Assembly: GCA_963720825.1 (NCBI GenBank)
Contig: CAVRGY010000006.1
Coordinates: 61,827-125,826 of the forward strand
Source of the DNA: an uncultured Chloroflexia bacterium
GTDB taxonomy: Bacteria > Chloroflexota > Limnocylindria > Limnocylindrales > CSP1-4
Direction: 5' to 3'
DNA length: 64,000 nt
Of the stretch, positions 17,268 to 26,584 are shown one piece after another. Both the position numbers and the translations under genes were made by a program. Under the pieces are notes generated by a model. That model did not search any database, had not been told where the DNA came from, and worked only from the letters and a program-made list of their open reading frames with translations. How positions within the stretch are numbered: position 1 is the first letter of the stretch; every line of letters begins with the position of its first letter.

Positions 17268-18221
17268 ATGAACACCAGCAGGCGCCGGAGCCTCGCGCTC
17301 CGCGTGGCCCTGATCGCCGCCGTCGTCACGATGGTGACCGCGTGCGGAGGCTCGGCGAGCCAGATCCTCAGCACGGTCGGCGGCCCGGTCGACGAGCGGG
17401 CCGCGACCACCGCGGGTCCCGCGGCCAACCCGGTGTCCCCGCAGGACCTTGGCGGGACCGGCGGCAGCGGCAATGGAGAAACGCCGCCGTCCGCCGTCCG
17501 CGACGACCTGCGGATCGTCTACACCGGCTCGCTCCAGCTCGTGGTCGATGACCTGCAGCCGGCGCTCGCCCGCGCCAAGGCGGCCGTCGCAGCGGTGGGT
17601 GGCTACATCGGCGCGTCGCGCGAGTCCAACGACGGCGATCGCCCGGTCGCGACCATCACCTATCGCATCCCGGCCAGCCGGTGGGAGGATGCGATCGATT
17701 CGCTGCGTGGCCTCGCCACCAAGGTCGTCGCCGAGGAGACGCAGGCGTCCGAGGTCGGCAGCCAGATCGTCGATCTCGAGGCGCGGATCAAGAACCTGCG
17801 CGCGAGCGAGGCTTCGCTCCAGGAGATCGCCAAGGGTGCCGGCAAGATCAGCGACCTGATCGAGGTCCAGGCTCAGCTGACCGAAGTCCGCGGACAGATC
17901 GAGCAGCTCGACGCGCAGCGGACGCAGCTCAACGACCAGGTCGCCTACGGGACGCTGGTCACCACGTTCGGGCTGGAGATCGTCGCGGTCCAGGAGACGG
18001 CAAAAGGGTGGGATCCGTCCAAGGACGTCGACGGCGCCACCGCGACCCTGATCGGCGCTGGCCAGACCATCGTGAGCGCATCGATCTGGTTCGCCATCGT
18101 GTGGCTGCCGATGATCCTCGTGATCCTCGTCATCGCCGTCGTGATGCGCTGGCTGTTCCGCCGGTTCACCCCCCGTCCGCGGGGCGGAGAACCGATCGCG
18201 GGCTGGGACACCGGCGCCTGA
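17268..18221 (+). CDS. DUF4349-like lipoprotein with C-terminal TM anchor
   Basis: Internal ATG (residue 167 of ORF 16770..18221) preceded by GAGGAGG. Lipobox VTMVTAC. Coiled-coil central part. C-terminal hydrophobic segment IWFAIVWLPMILVILVIAVV. Confidence 0.8.
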   Translation: MNTSRRRSLALRVALIAAVVTMVTACGGSASQILSTVGGPVDERAATTAGPAANPVSPQDLGGTGGSGNGETPPSAVRDDLRIVYTGSLQLVVDDLQPALARAKAAVAAVGGYIGASRESNDGDRPVATITYRIPASRWEDAIDSLRGLATKVVAEETQASEVGSQIVDLEARIKNLRASEASLQEIAKGAGKISDLIEVQAQLTEVRGQIEQLDAQRTQLNDQVAYGTLVTTFGLEIVAVQETAKGWDPSKDVDGATATLIGAGQTIVSASIWFAIVWLPMILVILVIAVVMRWLFRRFTPRPRGGEPIAGWDTGA

Positions 18222-18254
18222 GCATCCGCGTCGCCGCGGATCGCCGCCCCTCGA

Positions 18255-18280
18255 GCGCCCGCCGGTCCGACGGCGGGCGC
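18255..18280. terminator. GC-rich hairpin between convergent genes (GCGCCCGCCG-gtccga-CGGCGGGCGC)
   Basis: Perfect 10-bp stem with a 6-nt loop, between the stops at 18221 (+) and 18286 (-). No clear U-tract. Confidence 0.5.
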
Positions 18281-18285
18281 TGCCA

Positions 18286-19905
18286 TCAGTCGGCGCGGCC
18301 GCCCTCCCACGCCGCGAGCGCCTCGCGGGCTCGCTCCCGGGCCAGGTTCCAGGATGGCCAGCCGGCCAGCGACGGATCCTCGCGCAGGACGGCGGCGCGG
18401 CGGAGGAGGAACACCTCGAGTGCGCCCTGGTCGCCGGCGTCCGGCAGCCGGTCGAGCGCGGCAATGACCGCGGGCACCGCCTCGTCGCCGAGCGAGATCA
18501 GGTAGTCGGCGTCGAGGCCGCTCCGACCGCCGGACGGGACCAGCGAAGGATCGATCGCACGCTCGAGGTTCCGGTCGGTGACGTACGCCTGGGGTCCGAT
18601 CAGGTTCATGCCACCGACGGTCATGACGGTCATGATCCCCAGCACGTGAAGCGTCCATTGCGGCCGCCTGGCCGCCAGCAGCGCGAGCGTGGCGATGATG
18701 GCCACGGCGAGCCAGCCGATCGCGACCAGCACCACGAAGCGGAGCTCGGTCCAGCCGTACGCATCCTGGTACAGGCGCAGCCGGACCAGCGCCGACGCGA
18801 GCACGACGATGGTCAGGGCCAGCAGGCCGAACGAGGCCCCGACCTGGATCCGTGAACGCCGAGCGACGGCCAGGTCGAGGGCCACCGCGATCGCGCCGGC
18901 CAACGCGGCCACGGCGACGAGCTCGAAGAACCCGCGACGAGCGTAGGCGGCATACGTCATGCCGGCAGCCGACATCGTGTCGCGTCCGCCGAACAGGTAC
19001 GCCAGCTGGAGGACGACGAACACCGCGAACAGGCTGTCGAGGACGATCAGGACCGTCGCGGCCTCCACCGTCCCGAGCCGCCCGCCATCGGCCATCCCGA
19101 CGGCTCCCGTCGCACCGGCGCCCGTCTCGATGCCACCCGTCGCGCCGGGCGAGCGATGCATGGGCTGCGAGCGCGCCGGGCGGTCGGGGACGGCAAGCGC
19201 CGGCAGCCGGGCTCCCGCGAGCGCCAGCGCGCCGGCGACCAGCCAGGCGACGGCGGTCACCACGGCTGCGCGATCTGCGGCGCCGGCAAGATCGACGTCC
19301 AGTCGCCAGGAAAGCACGTCGTGGGCAACCCGATCGAACACCGCGTCCGCGGACGAGAACAGGGCAGTGAACACCACCACCAGCGGGATCGCCACCAGCA
19401 GGCCCCGGGCGACGGGGGCGAACCGGCGCGCACGCTGACGGGCGGTGCGCACGTCGGCCGTGGCTGCCACCGCGGTCGCGGGCGCATGCATGCGTCGCAT
19501 GGCGACCAGCACCTCGAACGCACCCACGAACGCAGCAACGGTGACACCGACGGTCACCAGCAGCAGGTGTGGAACGAGCCCCCGCGTGATCCGGGCACCA
19601 CCCAGCGAGGCCACCGTTCCGCCCGCCAGCGCCGCCGCGAGCAGGATGTCGGCGTCGACCAGCCACGGATCGGCGCGAACCGCGGCCATCCCGCTCAGAA
19701 ACAGTGCCGCGGGGGCAAGCCAGGCATCCGCCACGTCCATCCGGCGAATGCCGTCGAGCCCGGCGATGAGCGCCGAGGAGACCAGCAGGAACGCCGTCAG
19801 CAGCAGGCCGTTGAGCCCGACCGCGTTGCCCGGCACCGAGATGTCGGCCACGACCCCGGCACCGAGGGCGAGCAGGATGATCCGGGCGGCAATGGCACGG
19901 GGCAT
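18286..19905 (-). CDS. large polytopic membrane protein (DUF4153/DUF4173-like)
   Basis: 539 aa, with at least 10 hydrophobic segments. The family assignment is from memory of similar annotations, not verified. Confidence 0.7.
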   Translation of the reverse strand: MPRAIAARIILLALGAGVVADISVPGNAVGLNGLLLTAFLLVSSALIAGLDGIRRMDVADAWLAPAALFLSGMAAVRADPWLVDADILLAAALAGGTVASLGGARITRGLVPHLLLVTVGVTVAAFVGAFEVLVAMRRMHAPATAVAATADVRTARQRARRFAPVARGLLVAIPLVVVFTALFSSADAVFDRVAHDVLSWRLDVDLAGAADRAAVVTAVAWLVAGALALAGARLPALAVPDRPARSQPMHRSPGATGGIETGAGATGAVGMADGGRLGTVEAATVLIVLDSLFAVFVVLQLAYLFGGRDTMSAAGMTYAAYARRGFFELVAVAALAGAIAVALDLAVARRSRIQVGASFGLLALTIVVLASALVRLRLYQDAYGWTELRFVVLVAIGWLAVAIIATLALLAARRPQWTLHVLGIMTVMTVGGMNLIGPQAYVTDRNLERAIDPSLVPSGGRSGLDADYLISLGDEAVPAVIAALDRLPDAGDQGALEVFLLRRAAVLREDPSLAGWPSWNLARERAREALAAWEGGRAD

Positions 19906-20007
19906 GCGAGTCTCCGCTGCGCGCCGCGTCAGTTCACGGCCGGCTCCGAGACGGGCGGGCCGGAACGCGTGTGGCGGGGCTTGCAGCGGAAGCGATGGGA
20001 GTCGAGC

Positions 20008-21759
20008 TCAGACGGCCTCGTACGGAACGTATCCGGGGCTCCACATCGCCGCATCGACCGCGGCCGGGATCGCGTCCGGCTGGAACCTGCGGCCAACGCC
20101 AAGCGCGCCCAGGTGGGCGACGACGGCGATCGCCAGCTCCCTGGCCACGCTGCGCAGCTCGCCGATGGGCGGGAACAGCTCGCCGCGACTCAGCGACTCC
20201 GGGGTGGCCATCTCGGCCAGCCGGCGAGCCGCCACGAGGAACGCGGTATCGGGCAGGATCCGTGCCTCTGAGACGATGGCGCCCAGGCCGATGCCCGGGA
20301 ACACGTATGCGTTGTTCGCCTGCGGGATCGAGTGCGATGCGCCACCGAACTCCACCGGGGCAAACGGGCTCCCGGTCGCCACGATCGCCCGGCCGGCCGT
20401 CCAGGCGAAGATGTCGGAGGGACGCGCCTCCGTCTTGTCGGTCGGATTGGACATCGGGAGGACGATCGGACGGTCTGCAGTGGCCGCCATGGTCCGGATG
20501 ATGTGCTCCGTGAATGCGCCGCCCTGGCCGGTTGTGCCGAGCAGGACGTTCGGACGGAACGCGGCGACCACGTCCTCGAGCTGGTGCCGGCCGTCCGGGT
20601 CGAGGCCCATCGCCGCGACGACATCGCGCGGAAGCGCGCACTCGAACTTGTCCTCATCGAGCCCGGGGCGTCCCTCGACCACGAGGCCGTGTGAATCGAG
20701 CACGGCCATCGAGTCGCGAGCCTGCGCCGGCGTCATGCCGTCCTCGACCATCGCCAGGCGCAGCAGCCGGGCGATGCCGGTGCCGGCGGCACCGGCGCCG
20801 GCAAGCACGACCCGCGCGTCGGCCAGCGTGCGGCCCTGTGCGCGGAGCGCGCCGAGGATGGTCGCGGTCGAGATCGCGGATGTGCCCTGGATGTCGTCGT
20901 TGAAGCTGCACACCCACTGGCGATAGCGAGCGAGGAGGCGGATTGCGTTGTGCTGCTTGAAGTCCTCCCACTGGAGCACCGCGCGCGGGTGGACCTCGCG
21001 GACCCCGGCGACGAATGCCTCGACGACCTCGTCGTAGGCCGCCCCGCGGAGCCGCGGATGGCGCCACCCGACGTACAGCGGATCGTCGAGCAGCTCCTTG
21101 CGGTCGGTGCCCACGTCCAGCGACACCGGCAGGGTGAGGCCCGGGTGGATGCCGGCCGCCGCCGAATACAGGGCGAGCTTGCCCACCGGGATCGGCATGC
21201 CACCGGCGCCCTGGTCGCCGAGGCCGAGGATCCGCTCGTTGTCGGTGACCACGATCAACCGGATCTCGTCGCGCGCCGCGTGCCGCAGGATCTGGGCCAC
21301 CCGGTCGACGTCGTCGGGGGTGATCCACACGCCGCGCGGGCGGCGGTACTGGTGGCTGAACTCCTGGCACGCACGCCCCACCGTGGGCGTGTACACGATC
21401 GGGAGCAGCTCCTCGAGGTGCTCGAGCAGCACCCGGTGGAACAGGGTCTCGTTGCGATCCTGGAGCGCGGCCAGCCCGATGTAGCGCTCGAGGTCGTCGG
21501 CCTTCCGGCGCACGTGCTCCAGCTCGAGCTTCACCTGGTCGCCGATGTCCATCACGCTCGGCGGCAGGAGGCCCCGCAGGCCGAGCGAGTCGCGCTCCTC
21601 CTCGGTGAACGCCGAGTCCTTGTTGAGGACGGGATCTGCGAGCAGCGTGATCCCGCGCCGCATGATCGGCGCCGGACCGACCCCGCTGCGCAGCGCGTCG
21701 AGCACGGGCCTCGACAATCCCTGGAGCGGCTTGGCGGCGGGACGGGTCGCGATGGTCAT
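20008..21759 (-). CDS. NAD(P)-dependent malic enzyme
   Basis: Internal ATG (residue 41 of ORF 20008..21879). Motifs NKDSAFTEEERD, ALQDRNETLF, IVYTPTVG.AC, VVTDNERILGLGDQGAGGMPIPVGKL, FNDDIQGT and LAGAGAAGTGIA. Confidence 0.9.
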   Translation of the reverse strand: MTIATRPAAKPLQGLSRPVLDALRSGVGPAPIMRRGITLLADPVLNKDSAFTEEERDSLGLRGLLPPSVMDIGDQVKLELEHVRRKADDLERYIGLAALQDRNETLFHRVLLEHLEELLPIVYTPTVGRACQEFSHQYRRPRGVWITPDDVDRVAQILRHAARDEIRLIVVTDNERILGLGDQGAGGMPIPVGKLALYSAAAGIHPGLTLPVSLDVGTDRKELLDDPLYVGWRHPRLRGAAYDEVVEAFVAGVREVHPRAVLQWEDFKQHNAIRLLARYRQWVCSFNDDIQGTSAISTATILGALRAQGRTLADARVVLAGAGAAGTGIARLLRLAMVEDGMTPAQARDSMAVLDSHGLVVEGRPGLDEDKFECALPRDVVAAMGLDPDGRHQLEDVVAAFRPNVLLGTTGQGGAFTEHIIRTMAATADRPIVLPMSNPTDKTEARPSDIFAWTAGRAIVATGSPFAPVEFGGASHSIPQANNAYVFPGIGLGAIVSEARILPDTAFLVAARRLAEMATPESLSRGELFPPIGELRSVARELAIAVVAHLGALGVGRRFQPDAIPAAVDAAMWSPGYVPYEAV

Positions 21760-21847
21760 GAGACATGCCTCCGGAGGCGGACTGGAGATCCGCCATGCTG
21801 GCGGTCTGCGGGGAACACCCTGATGAGCGCGGGGCGAGAGGTGGACA

Positions 21848-22249
21848 TCAGCGGGCGACGACGACCGTCGCGTGGGCATGGGTCACGACGTGCTCCGACA
21901 CACTGCTCTGTACGAGCCGGGTAAGGAACCCGAGGCCACGGGTGCCGATCACGATCGTGTCGTAATGGCGCTCGTCGGCGATGCGCTCGATCATCCTGGC
22001 CGGATCCCCGCCGGGCTCCAGGAGCTCGGCCTCGATGCCGGCCTCCCGCAGCAGGCGGCGGGCCTCGAGCAGCTCCGCAGCGTGGACGCTGCGGTCGGCC
22101 CAGGGATCAGTCGCGATGGGACCCTGGTGCACGGGAACGACGCTGATGACGCCCACCTCCGCGCCGAACTGCCGGGCGAGCTCGATGGTCTGCTCCAGCG
22201 CACGTCGGGCGGGCTCGCCGCCGTCGTAGGCGAGCAGGATCCGGTTCAT
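21848..22249 (-). CDS. universal stress protein (UspA family)
   Basis: Internal ATG (residue 27). MNRILLAYDGG..A..AL.., and C-terminal IVIGTRGLGFLTRLVQSSVSEHVVTHAHATVVV. Confidence 0.85.
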   Translation of the reverse strand: MNRILLAYDGGEPARRALEQTIELARQFGAEVGVISVVPVHQGPIATDPWADRSVHAAELLEARRLLREAGIEAELLEPGGDPARMIERIADERHYDTIVIGTRGLGFLTRLVQSSVSEHVVTHAHATVVVAR

Positions 22250-22412
22250 GATGTGGGCTCCTTTCGGCCCGCGGGCCGACCTCAGCCGGCACTCGGCGCG
22301 CGGCCGGTGCTGCACGCTCAACAGCATCGGACGTGCCGCCGCCGACCAACAGCGGCCCGCGGACCACGCCGGGGGGCCGAAGGGCCCGATTTGGTCATGG
22401 CACCATTGGGCG

Positions 22413-23244
22413 ATGACCGATCAGGAAGCTCGCTACGATCGGATCGCCGACGGCTATGCCACCTGGTGGGCTCCCGTTCATCGATCGGCCACCCTCCGCC
22501 TGCTCGATGCGATCGACGCGGACGTCCGCGCCGGGGCCCGGTCCGTGCTTGACGTCGGATGCGGCACGGGCGCCCTGGCCGCCGCCGCGGTCGAACGCTG
22601 GCCAGACGTGGTCGTGGACGCGGTGGACGCCTCCGAGGGCATGCTCCGGGTCGCCGAGCGAACCCTTGCCCGGCTCCCGCGCGCGGGACCGCGATCGGGT
22701 CCACCTGCGCCAGGCAACCGCCGACCGCCTGGGGATCGATGACGCATCGGTCGACCTGGTGGTCACGTCATTCGTGCTCCAGCTCGTCCCGTCACCGTAC
22801 CGTGCGCTCCGCGAGGCGCGGCGCGTGCTCCGGCCCGGCGGACGCCTGGCGTACCTCAACTGGCTGCGCTCCGAGACCCCGTTCGCGGCGGACGAGGCGT
22901 TCGAGGATGCGCTCGCCGCGCTCGGCCTGCCGGGACGCGACGGCGCCGGCGGACCCGACGACCCGGGATCGACGGGCGTCGTCGTCGCCCGGCTGCGGCG
23001 GGCAGGCTACGTCGATGCGCACGTACGGAAGGACGTCCTGGTGCACCAGTTCACGCCCCAGGCATTCCTCGAGTTCCTGGTGCGGTTCGACGCCGAGGAC
23101 CTGTTCGGCTCGCTGGAGCCGGACGAGCGCCGACGCCTGCAGGACGCGGTCCTCCGCCGGCTGCAGGCCCTGACCGTGGATGACCTGCGACTGGAGCTGC
23201 CGATCTTCTACGCGACGGCGCGCCGAAGACCCGGGCGCACCTGA
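22413..23244 (+). pseudogene. class I SAM-dependent methyltransferase, split by a 1-nt frameshift near 22680-22688 (or sequencing error)
   Basis: ORF 22248..22742 gives MTDQEARYDRIADGYATWW..VLDVGCGTGALAAAA..AVDASEGML and then turns Pro/Arg-rich. The next frame (ORF 22456..23244) continues RDRDRVHLRQATADRLGIDDASVDLVVTSFVLQLV..LRPGGRLAYLNW. Confidence 0.75.
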
Positions 23245-23311
23245 TCCGACACCACGGCCCGCGGGGTCCGGCAACGCCGGAGCGCGGCGCGAGCCGCGGG
23301 ACGGGCGGAGC

Positions 23312-23965
23312 TCAGTCCGCGGCGATGTCCTCCGCGGGCGCCTCGGCCGCGGCCTCCTCGGCCTCGGGAGCCTCGCCCTCGACCTCGGCCGTGACCGGGG
23401 CCTCCTCCACGCGCGGTGGCAGGACCCGGGCGATGACGTCCGCGGGGTCGGCCTGGATCGAGACGCCGTCCGGGGCCACGAGGTCCGCGGCGGTGATCGT
23501 CGCCTCGAAGCTGTCGAGCCGGCTGAGGTCGTAGGTCAGCGACTCCGGCAGGTTGCCCGGCAGCGCGCGAACCTTGACGGCCGAGACCGGGTGGACGAGC
23601 GTGCCGCCGTTGTCGACCGCCGGGGCGACGCCCAGCCCGATGAGCGGGACCTCGACCGTGAGCTCCTCGGTCATCCGGACGGCGAACAGGTCGACGTGGA
23701 TCGGCCGGCGGCTGATCCGGTGCACCTGGACGTTCTGGACGAGCACGGGTCGAGTCTTGCCGCCGTCGACGGCGAGGTCGACCAGCGTCGAGGCACCGAC
23801 GTGGCGCCGGAGCTGGTCGAAGTCGTGGGCGTCGAGCGTGAGGGCCTCGCTCGCCGAGCCGTGGCCGTACACGACGGCCGGGAGCTGTCCCTGGCGGCGG
23901 AGCTGGGCGACGGCCTTGCCGGTCACGGACCGGGTGGCGGCCGCGAGGCTGGGGCGGGCGGACAT
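23312..23965 (-). CDS. rplY: 50S ribosomal protein L25 / general stress protein Ctc
   Basis: Internal ATG (residue 28). GKAVAQLRRQGQLPAVVYGHG, VQNVQVHRISRRPIHVDL and an acidic C-terminal tail. Confidence 0.9.
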   Translation of the reverse strand: MSARPSLAAATRSVTGKAVAQLRRQGQLPAVVYGHGSASEALTLDAHDFDQLRRHVGASTLVDLAVDGGKTRPVLVQNVQVHRISRRPIHVDLFAVRMTEELTVEVPLIGLGVAPAVDNGGTLVHPVSAVKVRALPGNLPESLTYDLSRLDSFEATITAADLVAPDGVSIQADPADVIARVLPPRVEEAPVTAEVEGEAPEAEEAAAEAPAEDIAAD

Positions 23966-24146
23966 CGTGGTTGGACCCTCTCTGGTGGCGGCGCTCCGGC
24001 CCGGGTTGGGGGGCGGCGCCGCGCGCGACGGGCTGTTCTCGCCCATCGCAACGTGCGCCCGAGGCTACCATACGCGGCCGTTCGTTCCCATTCCGGCGCT
24101 GTGGCCCGGACGTCCACCGCACGGCGCGGTGTAGCATCGGCCCGCC

Positions 24147-24845
24147 GTGGCAGCCACCATCCTGATCGTCGAAGATGAGTTCGCGGTCGCGCGAGGCATC
24201 CAGTACGCCCTCCAGCAGGAGGGCTACGACGTGGCGGTCGCGCGATCCGGCGAGGAGGGGCTTGACTTTGCCACCAGCCAGGCCCCGGACCTCATCCTGC
24301 TCGACGTCCGGCTGCCCGGCATCGACGGCTTCGAGGTCCTGCGCCGGCTGCGCGCCGCGGGCTCCAAGGCACCGGTGCTGTTCCTGACCGCACGCGGTGA
24401 CGAGTTCGACAAGGTCGTGGGGCTCGAGCTCGGGGCGGACGACTACGTGACCAAGCCGTTCGCGCTGCGGGAGCTGATGAGCCGCATCCGTGCGCTGCTG
24501 CGGCGAGCCTACGGCGACCTCTCGAACGCAGCCGGCGGGCGCGTCATCCGGCACCGGGACCTGGTCATCGACCTCGAGCGCCGCCGCGTCCAGCGAGGCA
24601 CCCGGCGGATCGCGCTGACGGCGACGGAGTTCGAGATCCTGCGGCACCTGGCCAGCCGCCCGGGACGCGTGTTCAGCCGCCGGGAGCTGCTCGAGCTGCT
24701 GCGCGACTACGAGGCGCTCGACCAGGACGAGAAGACCATCAACGTCCACGTGAGCCACCTCCGCGACAAGATCGAGGACGACCCGTCGGCGCCGCAGTTC
24801 GTGCTCACCGTCCGGGGCGCCGGATACCAGTTCGCCGAGCACTGA
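24147..24845 (+). CDS. OmpR/PhoB-family response regulator (MprA-like)
   Basis: Receiver domain (ILIVEDE..DLILLDVRLPGIDGFEV..LTARG) followed by a winged-helix domain (LTATEFEILRHL..RGAGYQF). Confidence 0.92.
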   Translation: MAATILIVEDEFAVARGIQYALQQEGYDVAVARSGEEGLDFATSQAPDLILLDVRLPGIDGFEVLRRLRAAGSKAPVLFLTARGDEFDKVVGLELGADDYVTKPFALRELMSRIRALLRRAYGDLSNAAGGRVIRHRDLVIDLERRRVQRGTRRIALTATEFEILRHLASRPGRVFSRRELLELLRDYEALDQDEKTINVHVSHLRDKIEDDPSAPQFVLTVRGAGYQFAEH

Positions 24846-24847
24846 TC

Positions 24848-26584
24848 GTGGCCGGCGTCCGCGCTCCGGACGGCGATGTCCGTGCCCACCGGCCGTCGGT
24901 CCCACGGTCGTTCCAGACGCGGCTCACGATCGCGTTCGTCGGCCTGGTCGCGCTCACCCTGGCGCTGGTCGCGCCCGTCGTCGTCAACCGCCTGGACGAC
25001 TACTTCCGGCAGCAGGAGGAGCAGAGCCTGCGAGTCCGCGCCGGGGCGACCGCGGCCCTGCTCGACCGGTTCGTCGAGAACGAGGTCGGCGGCGGCGCGG
25101 TGGTGGCAGAGGTGAACGTCGGCGGCCAGCGACAGCCGGCGCTCAACCCGGCGGTGGGGACGCTCCTCGTCGACAAGGGCCTGCTGACGCTGCTCGCGAA
25201 CACGGTGGCCCAGGCGGACATCAGCCTCCAGTTCGGCATCGCCCACCAGGACACCGATGGCGTGCCCGTGGTCGATCCGGCCCCCGGCCTGGGGTTCGAC
25301 GTGCCCCTCAGTGCGAAGCCGGCGCAGGGCCAGGCCCGCGATCCCGGGATCCCGACGGCCCGCTGGCAGTTCGCGACCAGCAACGCGGGCCGGGACTGGG
25401 GCATGGTGGTGACCCTGTCCAACCCGTACACCAGCCGGGCGAGCACGCTCGCCGCGATCGCCGGCCTGCTGCTCGTGATGGCCTCGATGGCGATGCTCCT
25501 CGCGGTGCTCCTGGCCGCGGTCATCGCGCACCGGTTCACCACGCCGCTCACCCGTCTGACCGAGGCGTCCCGGCGGTTGGCGGAGGGTGATCTCGCGTCC
25601 CGCGTGCCGTCGGACGAGCTGTCGTCCGGGACCCTCGAGCTGCGCGCCCTGTCCCGGCAGTTCAACACGATGGCGGACCGGCTCGAGGAGAGTGTCGAGA
25701 TCATCCGGCGCGACCGTGATCGAAGCCGGGACTTCCTGGCCGACGTCAGCCACGAGCTGCGCACGCCGATCGCCGCCACGCGCACGTTCATCGAGCTGCT
25801 CCAGGGTCCGGCCGGAACCGACGGGTCCGCCCGCGCCGAGTTCCTGGACTCGTCGGCGGTCCAGCTCGACCGTCTCGACTGGCTGGCCCAGAACCTGCTG
25901 GAGCTGTCCAAGCTCGATTCGGGGCTGGTGCTGCTCGACCTGCGCCCGGACGACGTCCGAGGCACGATCGAGTCCGCCGTCGAGCAGCAGCTCGCGACCG
26001 CGGAGCGCCGGGGAATCGCGCTGACAGCCACCCTCCCCGACCATCCGCTGCGGATCCGGCACGACGCACCGCGGGTCGGCCAGGTCGTGACCAACCTGGT
26101 CGGCAACGCCCTCAAGTTCACGCGCCGGGGCGGCCGGGTCAGCGTGTCGGCACAGGCGGATGCGGACGGCGGCGCCCGGATCGAGGTCGAGGACACCGGG
26201 GTCGGGATCCACGCCTCGGAGCTGCCCCGGATCTTCGACCGTTTCTATCGCGGGTCGGAGGCAAACGAGGCACGCGGCACCGGGTCCGGACTCGGGCTCG
26301 CGATCGTCAAGTCGATCGTGGACATGCACCACGGGACGATCGTGGTGGAGAGCCGGGTCGGCAGCGGCTCCCGGTTCGTGGTCACCCTGCCGCGCGATCC
26401 ACGTGAGGCTGGCGAGGTGCCGGCGTCACGAACCGGACGGCTGGCGGAAACGCCAAAGATGGACAATTCTTCACCGATCACCGCGCCGGGCGTGAATCCT
26501 CGACCGGCACCCTTGGACACAATCCCGGACCAGCCCGAAGCCGGTCCGCCCGCCGAGCCAGAGAGAAGACCGCCCCCGCGATGA
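24848..26584 (+). CDS. sensor histidine kinase (2 TM, HAMP, HisKA, HATPase_c; MprB-like)
   Basis: H-box FLADVSHELRTPIA. N-box NLVGNALKFT. G-boxes VEDTGVGI and GSGLGLAIV. Starts 3 nt after the regulator stop. Confidence 0.9.
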   Translation: MAGVRAPDGDVRAHRPSVPRSFQTRLTIAFVGLVALTLALVAPVVVNRLDDYFRQQEEQSLRVRAGATAALLDRFVENEVGGGAVVAEVNVGGQRQPALNPAVGTLLVDKGLLTLLANTVAQADISLQFGIAHQDTDGVPVVDPAPGLGFDVPLSAKPAQGQARDPGIPTARWQFATSNAGRDWGMVVTLSNPYTSRASTLAAIAGLLLVMASMAMLLAVLLAAVIAHRFTTPLTRLTEASRRLAEGDLASRVPSDELSSGTLELRALSRQFNTMADRLEESVEIIRRDRDRSRDFLADVSHELRTPIAATRTFIELLQGPAGTDGSARAEFLDSSAVQLDRLDWLAQNLLELSKLDSGLVLLDLRPDDVRGTIESAVEQQLATAERRGIALTATLPDHPLRIRHDAPRVGQVVTNLVGNALKFTRRGGRVSVSAQADADGGARIEVEDTGVGIHASELPRIFDRFYRGSEANEARGTGSGLGLAIVKSIVDMHHGTIVVESRVGSGSRFVVTLPRDPREAGEVPASRTGRLAETPKMDNSSPITAPGVNPRPAPLDTIPDQPEAGPPAEPERRPPPR

